Source: Alloascoidea hylecoeti (taxonomy: Eukaryota). Taken from it: a stretch of DNA of 64,000 nucleotides. A program made the position numbers and the translations under genes. Each line of letters begins with the position of its first letter. Position 1 is the stretch's first letter. Shown here in pieces: positions 39,724-51,639 of this stretch. The stretch is taken from assembly GCA_001600815.1 (NCBI GenBank), contig BCKZ01000014.1, forward strand, positions 248,001 through 312,000, given 5' to 3'. The notes under the pieces were generated by a model. That model was given only the letters and a program-made list of their open reading frames with translations, was not told where the DNA came from and ran no database searches.

Positions 39724-40231
39724 GAACTAAGACCTAACTTATAGGAGGTAGTAAACATACATGGTACACATAAGGTTATCCATGAAATCACTAAAACTAC
39801 TATCTGTAATATCATCCTCTAAAAGGAAAAAAGGGTGGTTTTTTTCTGCTTTGTCCGCTAGTGGTATATTTATATATTTCTGCGAACCGGATTCATATCA
39901 AAAATTCTTACTTTTTGATGGCCAATTGTTGTCCTGTATGATTTTTTAGCCGCTGTGTAATCCATTTCCTGAGTAGACATAAATTTATTCTGAACCTTTG
40001 ATTGCTTGTCAATTACTGATCCAATATATATCTGTCAAAAAGTAAGAGAACTTTTGATATGAATCCGGTTCACAGAAATATATAAATATACCACTAGCGG
40101 ACAAAGCAGAAAAAAACCACCCTTTTTTCCTTTTAGAGGATGATATTACAGATAGTAGTTTTAGTGATTTCATGGATAACCTTATGTGTACCATGTATGT
40201 TTACTACCTCCTATAAGTTAAGTCTTAGTTC
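39724..40231. repeat. Long inverted repeat: arms 39724-39918 and 40035-40231 with a 116-nt spacer; an adjacent 52-bp direct duplicate at 39673-39724 copies 39782-39833
   Basis: By manual comparison the arms differ by 3 substitutions and one 2-nt indel. The ORF track shows the same peptide on both strands. Confidence 0.97.
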
Positions 40232-40830
40232 CCATACGCTATTCCCATGACATGGTAAATCACCTTCTAGGCCCTTTTTCATCCATTCAAAATCATTTAA
40301 ATATCCTGATACTTATTAAGGTTAATTTCTTGGTTTTCCATAGGCGATTTCAACGCTTTTAGGTAAAACTCCCAAGTGAGTTCATGCCAATAACTTTTCA
40401 ATGAAGAAACGCCATAAACATCAATACTCTCTGGGAAATAGATAAATTTATCTTGTGCCTCTTACAGATACATATATACTTTCATATTTGTATGGGTTCC
40501 TCTGGAAAAGGTAGAACAAACAACAAATCCCTTGGAACCAACACCTTCATGGACTCCATGATATCTCCAGGAACACAACCAGTGTCTTCAGCATCAAAGA
40601 AGCTTTTATTTTTTTCAAAACAAACTTCTGTCATCTAAACCCGATTTTCCCTTTGTAAAAAATCTCCATATGAATCTAGAACGTGAGATCAATATAACAT
40701 CATTAAACAAACCAACGAAAGTATTTTTCAATTTGAATCTGATTCAGCTTCATCGACGTTCTCTGATTCATAATAACAGAGTGAAACAGTGAAAAACTTT
40801 TTGGCATACTTTAAGCTATATTTCATATTG
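39919..40830 (-). pseudogene. Decayed totivirus (L-A-like) Gag/capsid, central region (copy b)
   Basis: Collinear matches to L-A Gag as recalled: KVLVPRDLLFVL~RPLTVTEVNFVL, AQDKFIY~LADKFAY, LNL*EVVNIHGTH~VNIPKFGSIRGRY, FL*TGF~ALNTGL, QEMDYTAA..HTGQQ~PETFVQAA..CTGQD. Confidence 0.65.
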
Positions 40831-41254
40831 TTAACGTTATGGGTATTATTAAAAAATATTTTATAATTATGATCAGTCAATTAAATAGAAAAAGAGTTAG
40901 AAGTTTTTTAAAGTAATATGAAAAAGAAGAAGAGATTATTCTGGCATTTGATTTTATTGATATACTGATTGTTACTGATTGTTATGCTATGCCTTCATAA
41001 ATTCATCGAAGGTTCCATATATGCAGGTACGCATTTCAAGGGGATCGCACATCAGTCCATGCATATTAGATTAATGTATTGATAAAAGGTTGTATACGAA
41101 ATAGGATTAGAGTTCTCAGCCATCAACTGTATGCAGAGTAGCTGTTAACTATGGTTAAAACGGATAATGCAGAAAATATATTGTTTCTTCCATTTCAAGC
41201 AAGTGCATATAAGTTTATATAATTATATGTAATATTTCCTTAAAAATTTCTTTT

Positions 41255-41376
41255 CTATTATTTTCCTTATCTTCCACTTTAATTTTCAGTCTATATCATT
41301 ATAATATTTAAATTTAAACACCATGTTTAATTATAATCATATAACTAAATCCAATTACAAAAAGTTCTATAGTGTA
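41255..41376 (+). pseudogene. 5' fragment (upstream region, ATG and first codons) of the Gag-like gene family (copy c)
   Basis: 41338-41376 matches the reverse complement of 63385-63423 at 35 of 39 nt (HITKSNYKKFYSV versus HITKSNYEKFYTV). The AACACCATG context and about 70 nt upstream are also shared. Confidence 0.8.
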
Positions 41377-41572
41377 CTTCTAATCAATAACTCTATTCTG
41401 ATGCTGAATCCCATGCCGTGGCCACTTTTTCACTATATTATCAAGTTATATACTAGAAGCACTATTATGCTATGCCTCGATTTATTATCTTTATGCTTAT
41501 AAATATTTTATTATCACATTGATATATAATCTTCTATCAGAACTCAGAAATAGATATATCTAATCATGACCA

Positions 41573-42136
41573 TCAATATTTAAGAAAACTTTTATTACTT
41601 TCAATGTTCTTATTTATATTTTGTTGTTGTATGAATTCTTTTTTAAATGTATCACTATTCCATTCAGATCCAAAATGAAAACAAATTTTTAAAGCTAATA
41701 AATTGTTCAATTCTTTTAAGTCACGGTTTCTAGTAAGTGTATAAGTTTGATAACTACCCTGATTATAATCAAAATTTGAATACTCTGATAATTTAAAAAA
41801 ACCAAACTTGATAGTTGAAATATTATATTCTGGTGCTATAAAATGATTTAATAAAACCTTGGAATTGTGTATATCAAGTGCGATAAGAGAACATGTTTCA
41901 TCATTTATATTTTTGATGAATTTTATGATACAAATTCTTGGCTCAGACCATTTTCCGGCATCCCCTGGATTTTTAACCAATAATTTTGCTCTGATACTGA
42001 AAACTGCTTCAGCTGAAGTGATTGAAGCCGGGGTTGATGACGACTCAATATTGAAAGATGATGCGTAATCAGGCCAATCGTAAGGTGGTGGATCACTTCC
42101 TTTGTCATTAATGGGTTTAGAGTTGTTACCTCCCAT
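41573..42136 (-). CDS. Divergent Ran-binding-domain (Yrb1/RanBP1-derived, PH fold) protein with an MG start and a PPPY motif
   Basis: VFSIRAKL, KFIKN, KVLLNHFIAPEY and FGSEWNSDTFKKEF..QNINK align with Yrb1. The WKERG motif is replaced by WSEPR. The ORF is intact and intronless. Confidence 0.75.
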   Translation of the reverse strand: MGGNNSKPINDKGSDPPPYDWPDYASSFNIESSSTPASITSAEAVFSIRAKLLVKNPGDAGKWSEPRICIIKFIKNINDETCSLIALDIHNSKVLLNHFIAPEYNISTIKFGFFKLSEYSNFDYNQGSYQTYTLTRNRDLKELNNLLALKICFHFGSEWNSDTFKKEFIQQQNINKNIESNKSFLKY

Positions 42137-42299
42137 AATTATAGACACTAATAACAATGATTAATTTAAAGGGGAAAATTGAAGAAATACATATAGCTAC
42201 AGATAGGAGGTTTATATTATGCCTATATTCAACTAGTTACAATTTACAACCAGAAACGGGAAGTTCGCCCAAAAATTTAATCTATTTCTTTAATCATTT

Positions 42300-43340
42300 A
42301 TTTTACTGGATCCTCTATAATACTAGAAGCGATTATACGATTGAAGTCACCCCAGTTAAGTACTTTGCAGAAGGCTTTATCATAGTTGGTAAATCAATCA
42401 TCAGGTTGTGATTGATATTGAAGTAGGATAAATAAATGCAAAAGATTTATCCTCAAATGATAATGATTCAAGTATCATTTCAAGAATAGAACTACATTCC
42501 ATATAAATATTACCGTTGCATTGTTAAATGAAGAATGGTTTAATCAATATGTTCCAAGAGAGATGGTAAAATCCCTCTTGATAAACCTAAACCAGTAAAT
42601 AATTATTGGGCATATAGAGTTCCTGATAATTTGATTAACATTTTAGAAAATTCCTATCGGAAAGTATTCATAAACCATTATAAGCAGTTTCTTCGTTGAT
42701 TTTCAATTTTTTTGTGATGACCAGAGGTGGTCGAAGATGAAGAGACAATGGGGTTTGAATCTTGATCCAAATCGATATTTTCAAAGGTCTCCTGTTCAAT
42801 ATTTCTCGAGTCAGAACAATTAGTGGATGGTGCATATAACCTCCAAATTAATATTAGAGCCTTGCTAATGTGAGCCTACTTAGCGTGCATTAAATTAATT
42901 TTGTTATTTTCAAATCTCAGTCTCTCAATTGCAATAATTGCAATAATTCTATCATTGTGTAATGCTTGGCTGCCATTTCTTCTATATATGTGTGCTACTG
43001 GGTTTGAATTATCCATATAACCCATCCAGTCTTACACCTTCCTGGGGCACCTGACTTCCCCAGAAATACAACCAGTCTCTTCAAACATTGTAGTGTTGCA
43101 TACAACTTATAGCTTGTATTTATATTTTTCACAAAACCACTTCAGTCATTCTAGCAAGTTTTCCATGTTATCTTTATCTTTTGTAAAATCTCTATACAAA
43201 TCGAGGGCACAGATTGCAACATAACTAAACTCATCATTTTTATTTAAAAAGGTGTAAATCAATTGGTTTCCCATGTAATGTTGTTATTGATGTGTGTGCT
43301 TAAATTGGATTAACTCTTAACTCCTGTCTGGATACATTTT
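42300..43340 (-). pseudogene. Decayed totivirus Gag-like copy (copy d)
   Basis: Shared with copy b: LDLYRDF/LDSYGDF, RMTEV/MTEV, EETGCISGEV/EDTGCVPGDI, GHHKKI/GTHKVI, LFTGL/L*TGF. CIYLSY resembles L-A DVYVTY. Boundaries are approximate. Confidence 0.6.
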
Positions 43341-44008
43341 CAACATATAATAGTGATCTATTAAATAACAGTATCGTCACTTTTGTTCATTTATCGAGTG
43401 TGATGTAATATCTCAGCTTCCGGAAACACGACGTTGTTTTGTTATATTATACTAGAAATAGATTTGAAAATATCTTTAAAGATCGTTAAGAGAATTGTTC
43501 TGCACATGTCTTTGTTTATATATCAATTGTTGACTACCGTGAATACATATTTCATCCTCATGAAATGATGCTTTTAAAGTTAACTTTGATGGGCAGGGAG
43601 GGGAGTGCGCACCCATCACAAGGACATTAGAACAATATAATGAAGTAGGGTATACGTAGAATAGTGGTTAGTTATCAAGCGTATTTCTTAAATGGTTATC
43701 GTTTGAGTAAGAATTATTTAGTAATATGTACAAGAATATCTTAAAGGGGATTGTATAGCTACAGAGCTTAATTTTAGATAATTTATTATGTCAATAACTA
43801 TTGAGTTTAGATTATTAAGTCGAAACCTCAAAACGGTTCAATCCTTGATTCAACCTTAATATTTCAACTTAATTCTAAACCCAATAATAACATGTAGCCC
43901 ATAAGAAGCACATATTCTTAATAGAAATACTGTTTATATAAAATTAATAATCATATTATTATTAATCATTATATGTATTAACACTTTAGACATATAATTA
44001 ATATTGAT

Positions 44009-45841
<1,833 letters not shown>

Positions 45842-45987
45842 TTACTTGTAATAGAATTGAGTTTAACAATTTCTCTGTTCGTTATACTTTTCACTGTAAG
45901 CTGAGAAACACGTTAGAGCCACCATCAAAAAATTATAATCAACCGAGCATAATGAAAATTAATTATTAATCCATGCAGTGATTTCAC

Positions 45988-46701
45988 CTTATTTCGGCCG
46001 ATTGGAGGACCAAATATTCGGCCACTAATTGCACGTGCTTTAACATTGGGTCACCCGATGTGGGTATGCACTATGTTTCGGCGATATGGAGTACAAATTA
46101 TCGGCTGCTTGGTGAATTAATGTTCGGCCACCAATATATCGATAAGTTTCTACCTTGACATTGTAATAACTCATGAATTTGATAATCTCAAACAGAAAAT
46201 AATCAATTACCCGGTATATACAGTCCTTCCAACTATTCATAGTATATTTCATACTATTTCATGGGACTATTTTCGAAGGAAATTTGCGAAGTGTAAGGGT
46301 GCAGATAATTATTTAGTGTTAACCGGTAGGTAAATTTGTTAGTGAATCGTCTGGTATAAGTTGGCGTTGGGTTCAAAAATCATTCTATCTATAATTAACA
46401 CTACTTTATGAAATTATTTAATGATTCGTTTGAATTAATAATTAGCTATACTTAACATTTTTCACCAGCAATAATTTGCCATTGGTATGGAAATCAGTTG
46501 GTGAAGAAGAAGGTTAGTTCATTAGTCATCACCCAACTAGATAAATTAACTATTTGATCCTCTTCCAAGCTATGTCTTAATCCTTGGTACATAATAGCGT
46601 CGATGATTATTTATCAGAATGGCCGAATATCACTACACATGTGGCCTAATAATAGTGCTACTTGTGGCCGAATATTTGTTCCTCAAATGACCGAAATTAA
46701 G
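45988..46701. mobile_element. MITE-like non-coding element with ~38-bp imperfect terminal inverted repeats and internal TTCGGCCAC motifs
   Basis: CTTATTTCGGCCGATTGGAGGACCAAATATTCGGCCAC (45988-46025) versus the reverse complement of 46664-46701, CTTAATTTCGGTCATTTGAGGAACAAATATTCGGCCAC. A related motif lies at ~12563-12600. Confidence 0.5.
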
Positions 46702-46814
46702 TTAAACGACCGTATATTATTTAGCATTAATTTATAGATTTCAATCTATTTATATAAGTTTCCTTCAATTGCAATTGTAATATCAAAAATGTAGTATTTC
46801 ACATGAAATAAAAA

Positions 46815-48602
46815 TTATAATTCATAAACAAAAGATTGATATGGTTTTAATTCAACTTTTAAACCATCATTAATATTAGAATTAAATTCAACATCTTCAT
46901 AATTTGATAAGATAAATTTTCCATTTTTATCATTAAAATCAATTGGAAATTTATATAAAATATTATCTTTTGAAAAATTATTAACAATTAATGCTTTTTT
47001 TGCAATTTCAGTATCATTGTCATTATCATTATCATTGTCATTATTATTTTCATTTGATTCCCTAATAAAAGCAATTACATTTTCAGAAGATTCAACATCT
47101 AATTTAAATAATCCATAAACATAAAGATTGACATTTAATTTTCTTAATTTTAAAATATTTCTCCAATGATTTAAAATTGAATTTTTATTATTATTTTCAA
47201 ATTTAGCATTAATTTGTCTATAATTTTCATTTAAATCAATCCATGGTTTTATTAATGAAAATCCGGAAAATTTAGAATTATCCCATTGCATTGGAGTTCT
47301 TGCATTATCCCGAGATTTCTTTTGCAGTTCTTTTAAAATTAATTCAAGTTCTTCTTTTGATGAACCATTTTTAATTGCATCGTTATATGCATTTATTGAT
47401 TCTAAATCTTTATATTGTGAAAATTTCCAACTTTTTGGAACATTAATAGCACCTAATTCTTGTCCCTGATAAATAAATATTGTACCAGATTGTAGAGCAA
47501 GAAAATTAGCTAATAACTTAGCACCATAAACTCTATATTCGGGAGAATCATTTGTAAATCTTGAAACTGATCTTGGTTGATCATGATTTTCTAAATATAA
47601 AGCATTCCAACCATCATTATTAATCATAAAATTTTGATATTTATTAATTATATTTTTAATTTCTTTAATTTTAATGTTTTTTAAAGAAAATTTTCCATTT
47701 TTACCAATATCTAAATTAACAAGATCAAAATTAAATATTGTATTTAATTCACCTCGGTCAAATCCAACAGATTTAATAATTTCGGTTAGATCAGAAACAC
47801 TTGGCATTTCTCCTACACTAAAAGCATTAAATTCGGTTAAAATTCGGCCAATTTCTTTTAAGTATTTATGAAGTTTTGGACCACAAGCATAATATTCATC
47901 ACCAGATTGATATTTATCTGATGGAATTGAAATTGAAGCATTTGGGAAATTTTGATCTTTGCTAATGAAGTTAATAACATCCATTCTGAAACCATCAACC
48001 CCCTTATTAAGCCAAAACCGAATTATATCATGAACTGATTCTCTAACTTTTTCATTTTCCCAGTTTAAATCTGGTTGTTCAACCGCAAATAAATGTAAAT
48101 AATATTCTTTTGTATGTTCATCATATTTCCATGCACTTCCACCGAAAAAGGAAGCCCAATTATTTGGAGGATTTATATTCCCATTTTCATCATATTTAGG
48201 GGGTTTCCATATATACCAATCCCTGAAAGGATTTTCCTTTGATGATCTAGATTGTTTAAACCATTCATGCTGATCTGAAGTATGATTAACAACCAAATCC
48301 ATTAAGAATTTTATTCCTCTTTTATGTAAACCGTCAATTAAATCATCAATATCTTTCAATGTACCATAAGGTTCATGAATATCTTTGTAATCACTAATAT
48401 CATACCCCATGTCAACTTGAGGAGATTTAAAACATGGGTTAATCCAAACCATATCTACCCCTAATTGTTTTATATAATCAAGACGAGAGATAATTCCAGG
48501 AATATCACCAATTCCATCATTATTTGAATCTTGAAAAGAAGCAGGATAAATTTGATAAACAGATGCTTCTTTCCACCATGCTTTTTTTGTAGTTTGATTC
48601 AT
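46815..48602 (-). CDS. GH13 alpha-glucosidase (oligo-1,6-glucosidase/isomaltase-like)
   Basis: Same GH13 motifs as the neighbour; region II reads GFRMDVINFISK, with Val after the nucleophile Asp. Confidence 0.94.
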   Translation of the reverse strand: MNQTTKKAWWKEASVYQIYPASFQDSNNDGIGDIPGIISRLDYIKQLGVDMVWINPCFKSPQVDMGYDISDYKDIHEPYGTLKDIDDLIDGLHKRGIKFLMDLVVNHTSDQHEWFKQSRSSKENPFRDWYIWKPPKYDENGNINPPNNWASFFGGSAWKYDEHTKEYYLHLFAVEQPDLNWENEKVRESVHDIIRFWLNKGVDGFRMDVINFISKDQNFPNASISIPSDKYQSGDEYYACGPKLHKYLKEIGRILTEFNAFSVGEMPSVSDLTEIIKSVGFDRGELNTIFNFDLVNLDIGKNGKFSLKNIKIKEIKNIINKYQNFMINNDGWNALYLENHDQPRSVSRFTNDSPEYRVYGAKLLANFLALQSGTIFIYQGQELGAINVPKSWKFSQYKDLESINAYNDAIKNGSSKEELELILKELQKKSRDNARTPMQWDNSKFSGFSLIKPWIDLNENYRQINAKFENNNKNSILNHWRNILKLRKLNVNLYVYGLFKLDVESSENVIAFIRESNENNNDNDNDNDNDTEIAKKALIVNNFSKDNILYKFPIDFNDKNGKFILSNYEDVEFNSNINDGLKVELKPYQSFVYEL

Positions 48603-48782
48603 TTTTTATTATTTTTAAAGTCAAGTATACGAAGGTTGATGTAAGTTTATATTTTATGATTATATACAAGAAAAGAATTCAAAGTGACTATTTTTAACTT
48701 TTATACTTTTATATTTATGATATCACGAGTATCAAGATTTAATTTTCTAATATTATATTTTATAATATTATTATCCTTATCA

Positions 48783-49682
48783 TTATTTTCTTCCACCTTT
48801 TTCGAATAAAAAATTATAAAATCCATTCCAATTATTTGAATCATTATAAATATAATCCATACTCGTAGCCATACTTTTTTGTAAAAAATTAGGATTTGAT
48901 CTATGAAGATACATAACACTACCCCAAACAATACTTGAAAATAAAGCATAAGAAATATCAATTGTATTTTCTATAACTTTTTGTTTATTTGAAAATTTTG
49001 AAATAATTGATGATGATTTATTTGTTTTTGCTTTTGCTAATAAATTTAAAAATTCACCAAGTTTAAAAGCAGTTATTTTACCAGTTGCAATAATAACTCT
49101 TGAAAATACATAAAGTACAATTTGTTCAGTCATATTTGTTGTAAATTTACCATTTTTTTTACCAAATATAAAATAACCACCAATTGTACCAGCAATTAAA
49201 CTATCTATTGGATTTTTCTTTTCTAAAACATCATTATCTAATGATGGAGTTTTTAATTTTTTAAAATCAAATGATAGTTTTGATGATTTGGAAGATTCTG
49301 ATCTTGAATCATAATTAAAACATCTAAGGATTTTAAAAAGATATAATAAAGATTTATAAATTGTTGCAAAGGATGCTAATGTTTGAGCATGTTGTGTTGT
49401 TTGCTCAATAATCTTTGGCCATTTGTTTTTCCATCTATTATATTGCTCGGTTAGATTTTTGAAAGATGATATAGATCGACGATACTCACGGTCCTTTTCG
49501 GAACAGTATGGACATAACAAGCGCATGGCTAAATCTGATCCTCGCACCATAAACAGCTCCTACACGAAGATCTCAGTTAGAACAGAATCAAGCCACTACA
49601 GCACAAAAGAAGGCATACCATTTCGGGCCCCTTTGACAATCGACAGCAGATCCTGAAGAGCCGGATTTGAAATAAAGTCCAT
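48783..49682 (-). CDS. Peroxisomal membrane protein 4 (PXMP4/PMP24, Tim17-like family); exons 49682-49619, 49559-49490, 49434-48783
   Basis: The spliced N-terminus reads DLLSIVKGARNGAVYGARIRFSHALVMSILF; also AGTIGGYFIFG, QIVLYVFSRV and SMDYIYNDSNNW. Two canonical introns. Confidence 0.9.
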
Positions 49683-49851
49683 AATTGTCGTAAATCGTGG
49701 AGTCGTGAAGATAAGAAAAACCTGGTATCAAATTATTAAATGTGGAGAATCTAAATAGTTAAGACAGGTCACGTGCCTCGATATGACAGTGTATTTCCCA
49801 GCCTTAGCTAAAATATATATAAACTATACACACAATAGTAGTTTACATATA

Positions 49852-51522
49852 ATGGCGTCCATCCCATCAAACCTCTCAAAATCAAAAGCAAGGGCAAAAC
49901 TTTTAAGTGCTTTACCAGTTTCCCCAAAAGAACTTTATGGATGGTATTTATATGCTTGGGCAGCCGAACCTTTTATTGTATCTGCTGTTGGAACCTATGT
50001 TCCTTTATTATTAGAACAATTTGCAAGAAATAATGGAGTTTTGGTTAAAGATCATTTAACTCCTTGTGTTTCAGATAGTATTGAAAATCCTGGCTTCCCA
50101 CCTCCCGGAGAAGTTGCTCCATCTCCTCAAAATCCAACGGAATGTGTTGTTTATGTTTTTGGGAAATATATTGATACTTCATCATATGCATTATATACTT
50201 TTTCAATAAGCGTTTTAGTTCAAACTTTGGTTGTTATATCAATGAGTGGAGCAGCAGATAGAGGCCATTTTAGAAAAACATTATTAATTTCATTTGGTAT
50301 TGTTGGATCATTAATAACAATGTTATTTTATTTTATAACTCAATCAAATTATTATTTAGCTTCAATTTTTGCAATTATTTCAAATTCAATGTTTGGCGGA
50401 GTTTCTGTTTGTGGGAATGCTTTTTTACCTGTATTAGTTGAAAATCATCCAGAAACAATTGAAAATAAAATTAAACTTATTGATAATATTGAAGAAGAAT
50501 ATACATCTCATCAACAATTAATTGATTCAACTATATTATCTGCAAAAATTAGTGGTACAGGTGCTTCATTAGGTTATATATCTGCTTTCATTGTTCAAAT
50601 TTTTACAATTGGTGTTATATTAAAAACTGGTTCAACTACTTTATCAATTCAATTAACTATTTTCTTAGTTGGTATATGGTGGTTTATATTTCAAATACCA
50701 TTACATTGGTTATTACACTCAAGACCAGGACCAAAATTACCAAAATCTTATAATAAAAAAACCAAATTTAATAAATTTATGAAATTGATAACATTTGGCT
50801 CATATGATTATATTTTATATGGTTGGAAAACATTATTTTTATCAATTAAACAAGTTAAAACAATGAGAGATGTTGGTGTTTTTTTAATTGGTTGGTTTGT
50901 TGTATCTGATTCTTTTACAACTATTAATTCAGCTGCAATTTTGTTTGCAAGATCTCAATTACAAATGTCAACAGCACAATTAGGTATTATTGGATTATTA
51001 GTTATGTTTTCAGCAATTAGTGGTGCAATTTTAATACCAAGATTTATACAACCATTTTTTAATTTATCACCAACTAATTGTTTAAATTTTATAATAATTT
51101 GGGCATGTTTAATACCAATTTATGGAGTTTTAGGTTTTTATACTGATGTTTTAGGTTTAAAAAATCCATTTGAAATGTATGGATTAGCAATTTGGTATGG
51201 TTTTGCATTAGGTGGATTAAATAGTATTGCAAGAAGTTTATTTTCTGTTTTAATACCAAAGGGTAAAGAATCTACATTTTTTTCATTATTTGCAGTTACT
51301 GATAAAGGATCGTCAATTATTGGTCCATTAATTACTGGTATGATAACTGATAAAACTCATAATATAAGATATGCATTTTATTTATTATTAATTTTATTAA
51401 TACTTTCTGTGCCAATTTTCAATTCATTGGATGTTGAAAGAGGTAGAGATGAGGCAATGATTTTAGAAAGAGTTGATGAAGAAGAAGATAGTATTAATGA
51501 AGAATCTCCATTATTAGCATAA
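49852..51522 (+). CDS. ATG22: Vacuolar amino-acid effluxer (MFS)
   Basis: ELYGWYLYAWAAEPFIVSAVGTYVPLLLEQFA, IDTSSYALYTFS and IPKGKESTFFSLFAVTDKGSS. Confidence 0.94.
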   Translation: MASIPSNLSKSKARAKLLSALPVSPKELYGWYLYAWAAEPFIVSAVGTYVPLLLEQFARNNGVLVKDHLTPCVSDSIENPGFPPPGEVAPSPQNPTECVVYVFGKYIDTSSYALYTFSISVLVQTLVVISMSGAADRGHFRKTLLISFGIVGSLITMLFYFITQSNYYLASIFAIISNSMFGGVSVCGNAFLPVLVENHPETIENKIKLIDNIEEEYTSHQQLIDSTILSAKISGTGASLGYISAFIVQIFTIGVILKTGSTTLSIQLTIFLVGIWWFIFQIPLHWLLHSRPGPKLPKSYNKKTKFNKFMKLITFGSYDYILYGWKTLFLSIKQVKTMRDVGVFLIGWFVVSDSFTTINSAAILFARSQLQMSTAQLGIIGLLVMFSAISGAILIPRFIQPFFNLSPTNCLNFIIIWACLIPIYGVLGFYTDVLGLKNPFEMYGLAIWYGFALGGLNSIARSLFSVLIPKGKESTFFSLFAVTDKGSSIIGPLITGMITDKTHNIRYAFYLLLILLILSVPIFNSLDVERGRDEAMILERVDEEEDSINEESPLLA

Positions 51523-51605
51523 ATATCATTATTGATATAAATATAATTATTCTCTTAAAAGTAACTACTAATAATATTATTATAAAAATTTAAATTTAAA
51601 TTATC

Positions 51606-51606
<1 letters not shown>

Positions 51607-51636
<30 letters not shown>
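51607..51636. repeat. (TA)n microsatellite between the convergent ATG22 and GID7 genes
   Basis: Directly visible. Confidence 0.9.

Positions 51637-51638
<2 letters not shown>

Positions 51639-51639
<1 letters not shown>

Noticed and set aside
39761..40194. Twin 61-62 aa ORFs (MVHIRLSMKS...) on opposite strands
   Set aside because: They are by-products of the inverted repeat, and the Gag-like reading is in a different frame.
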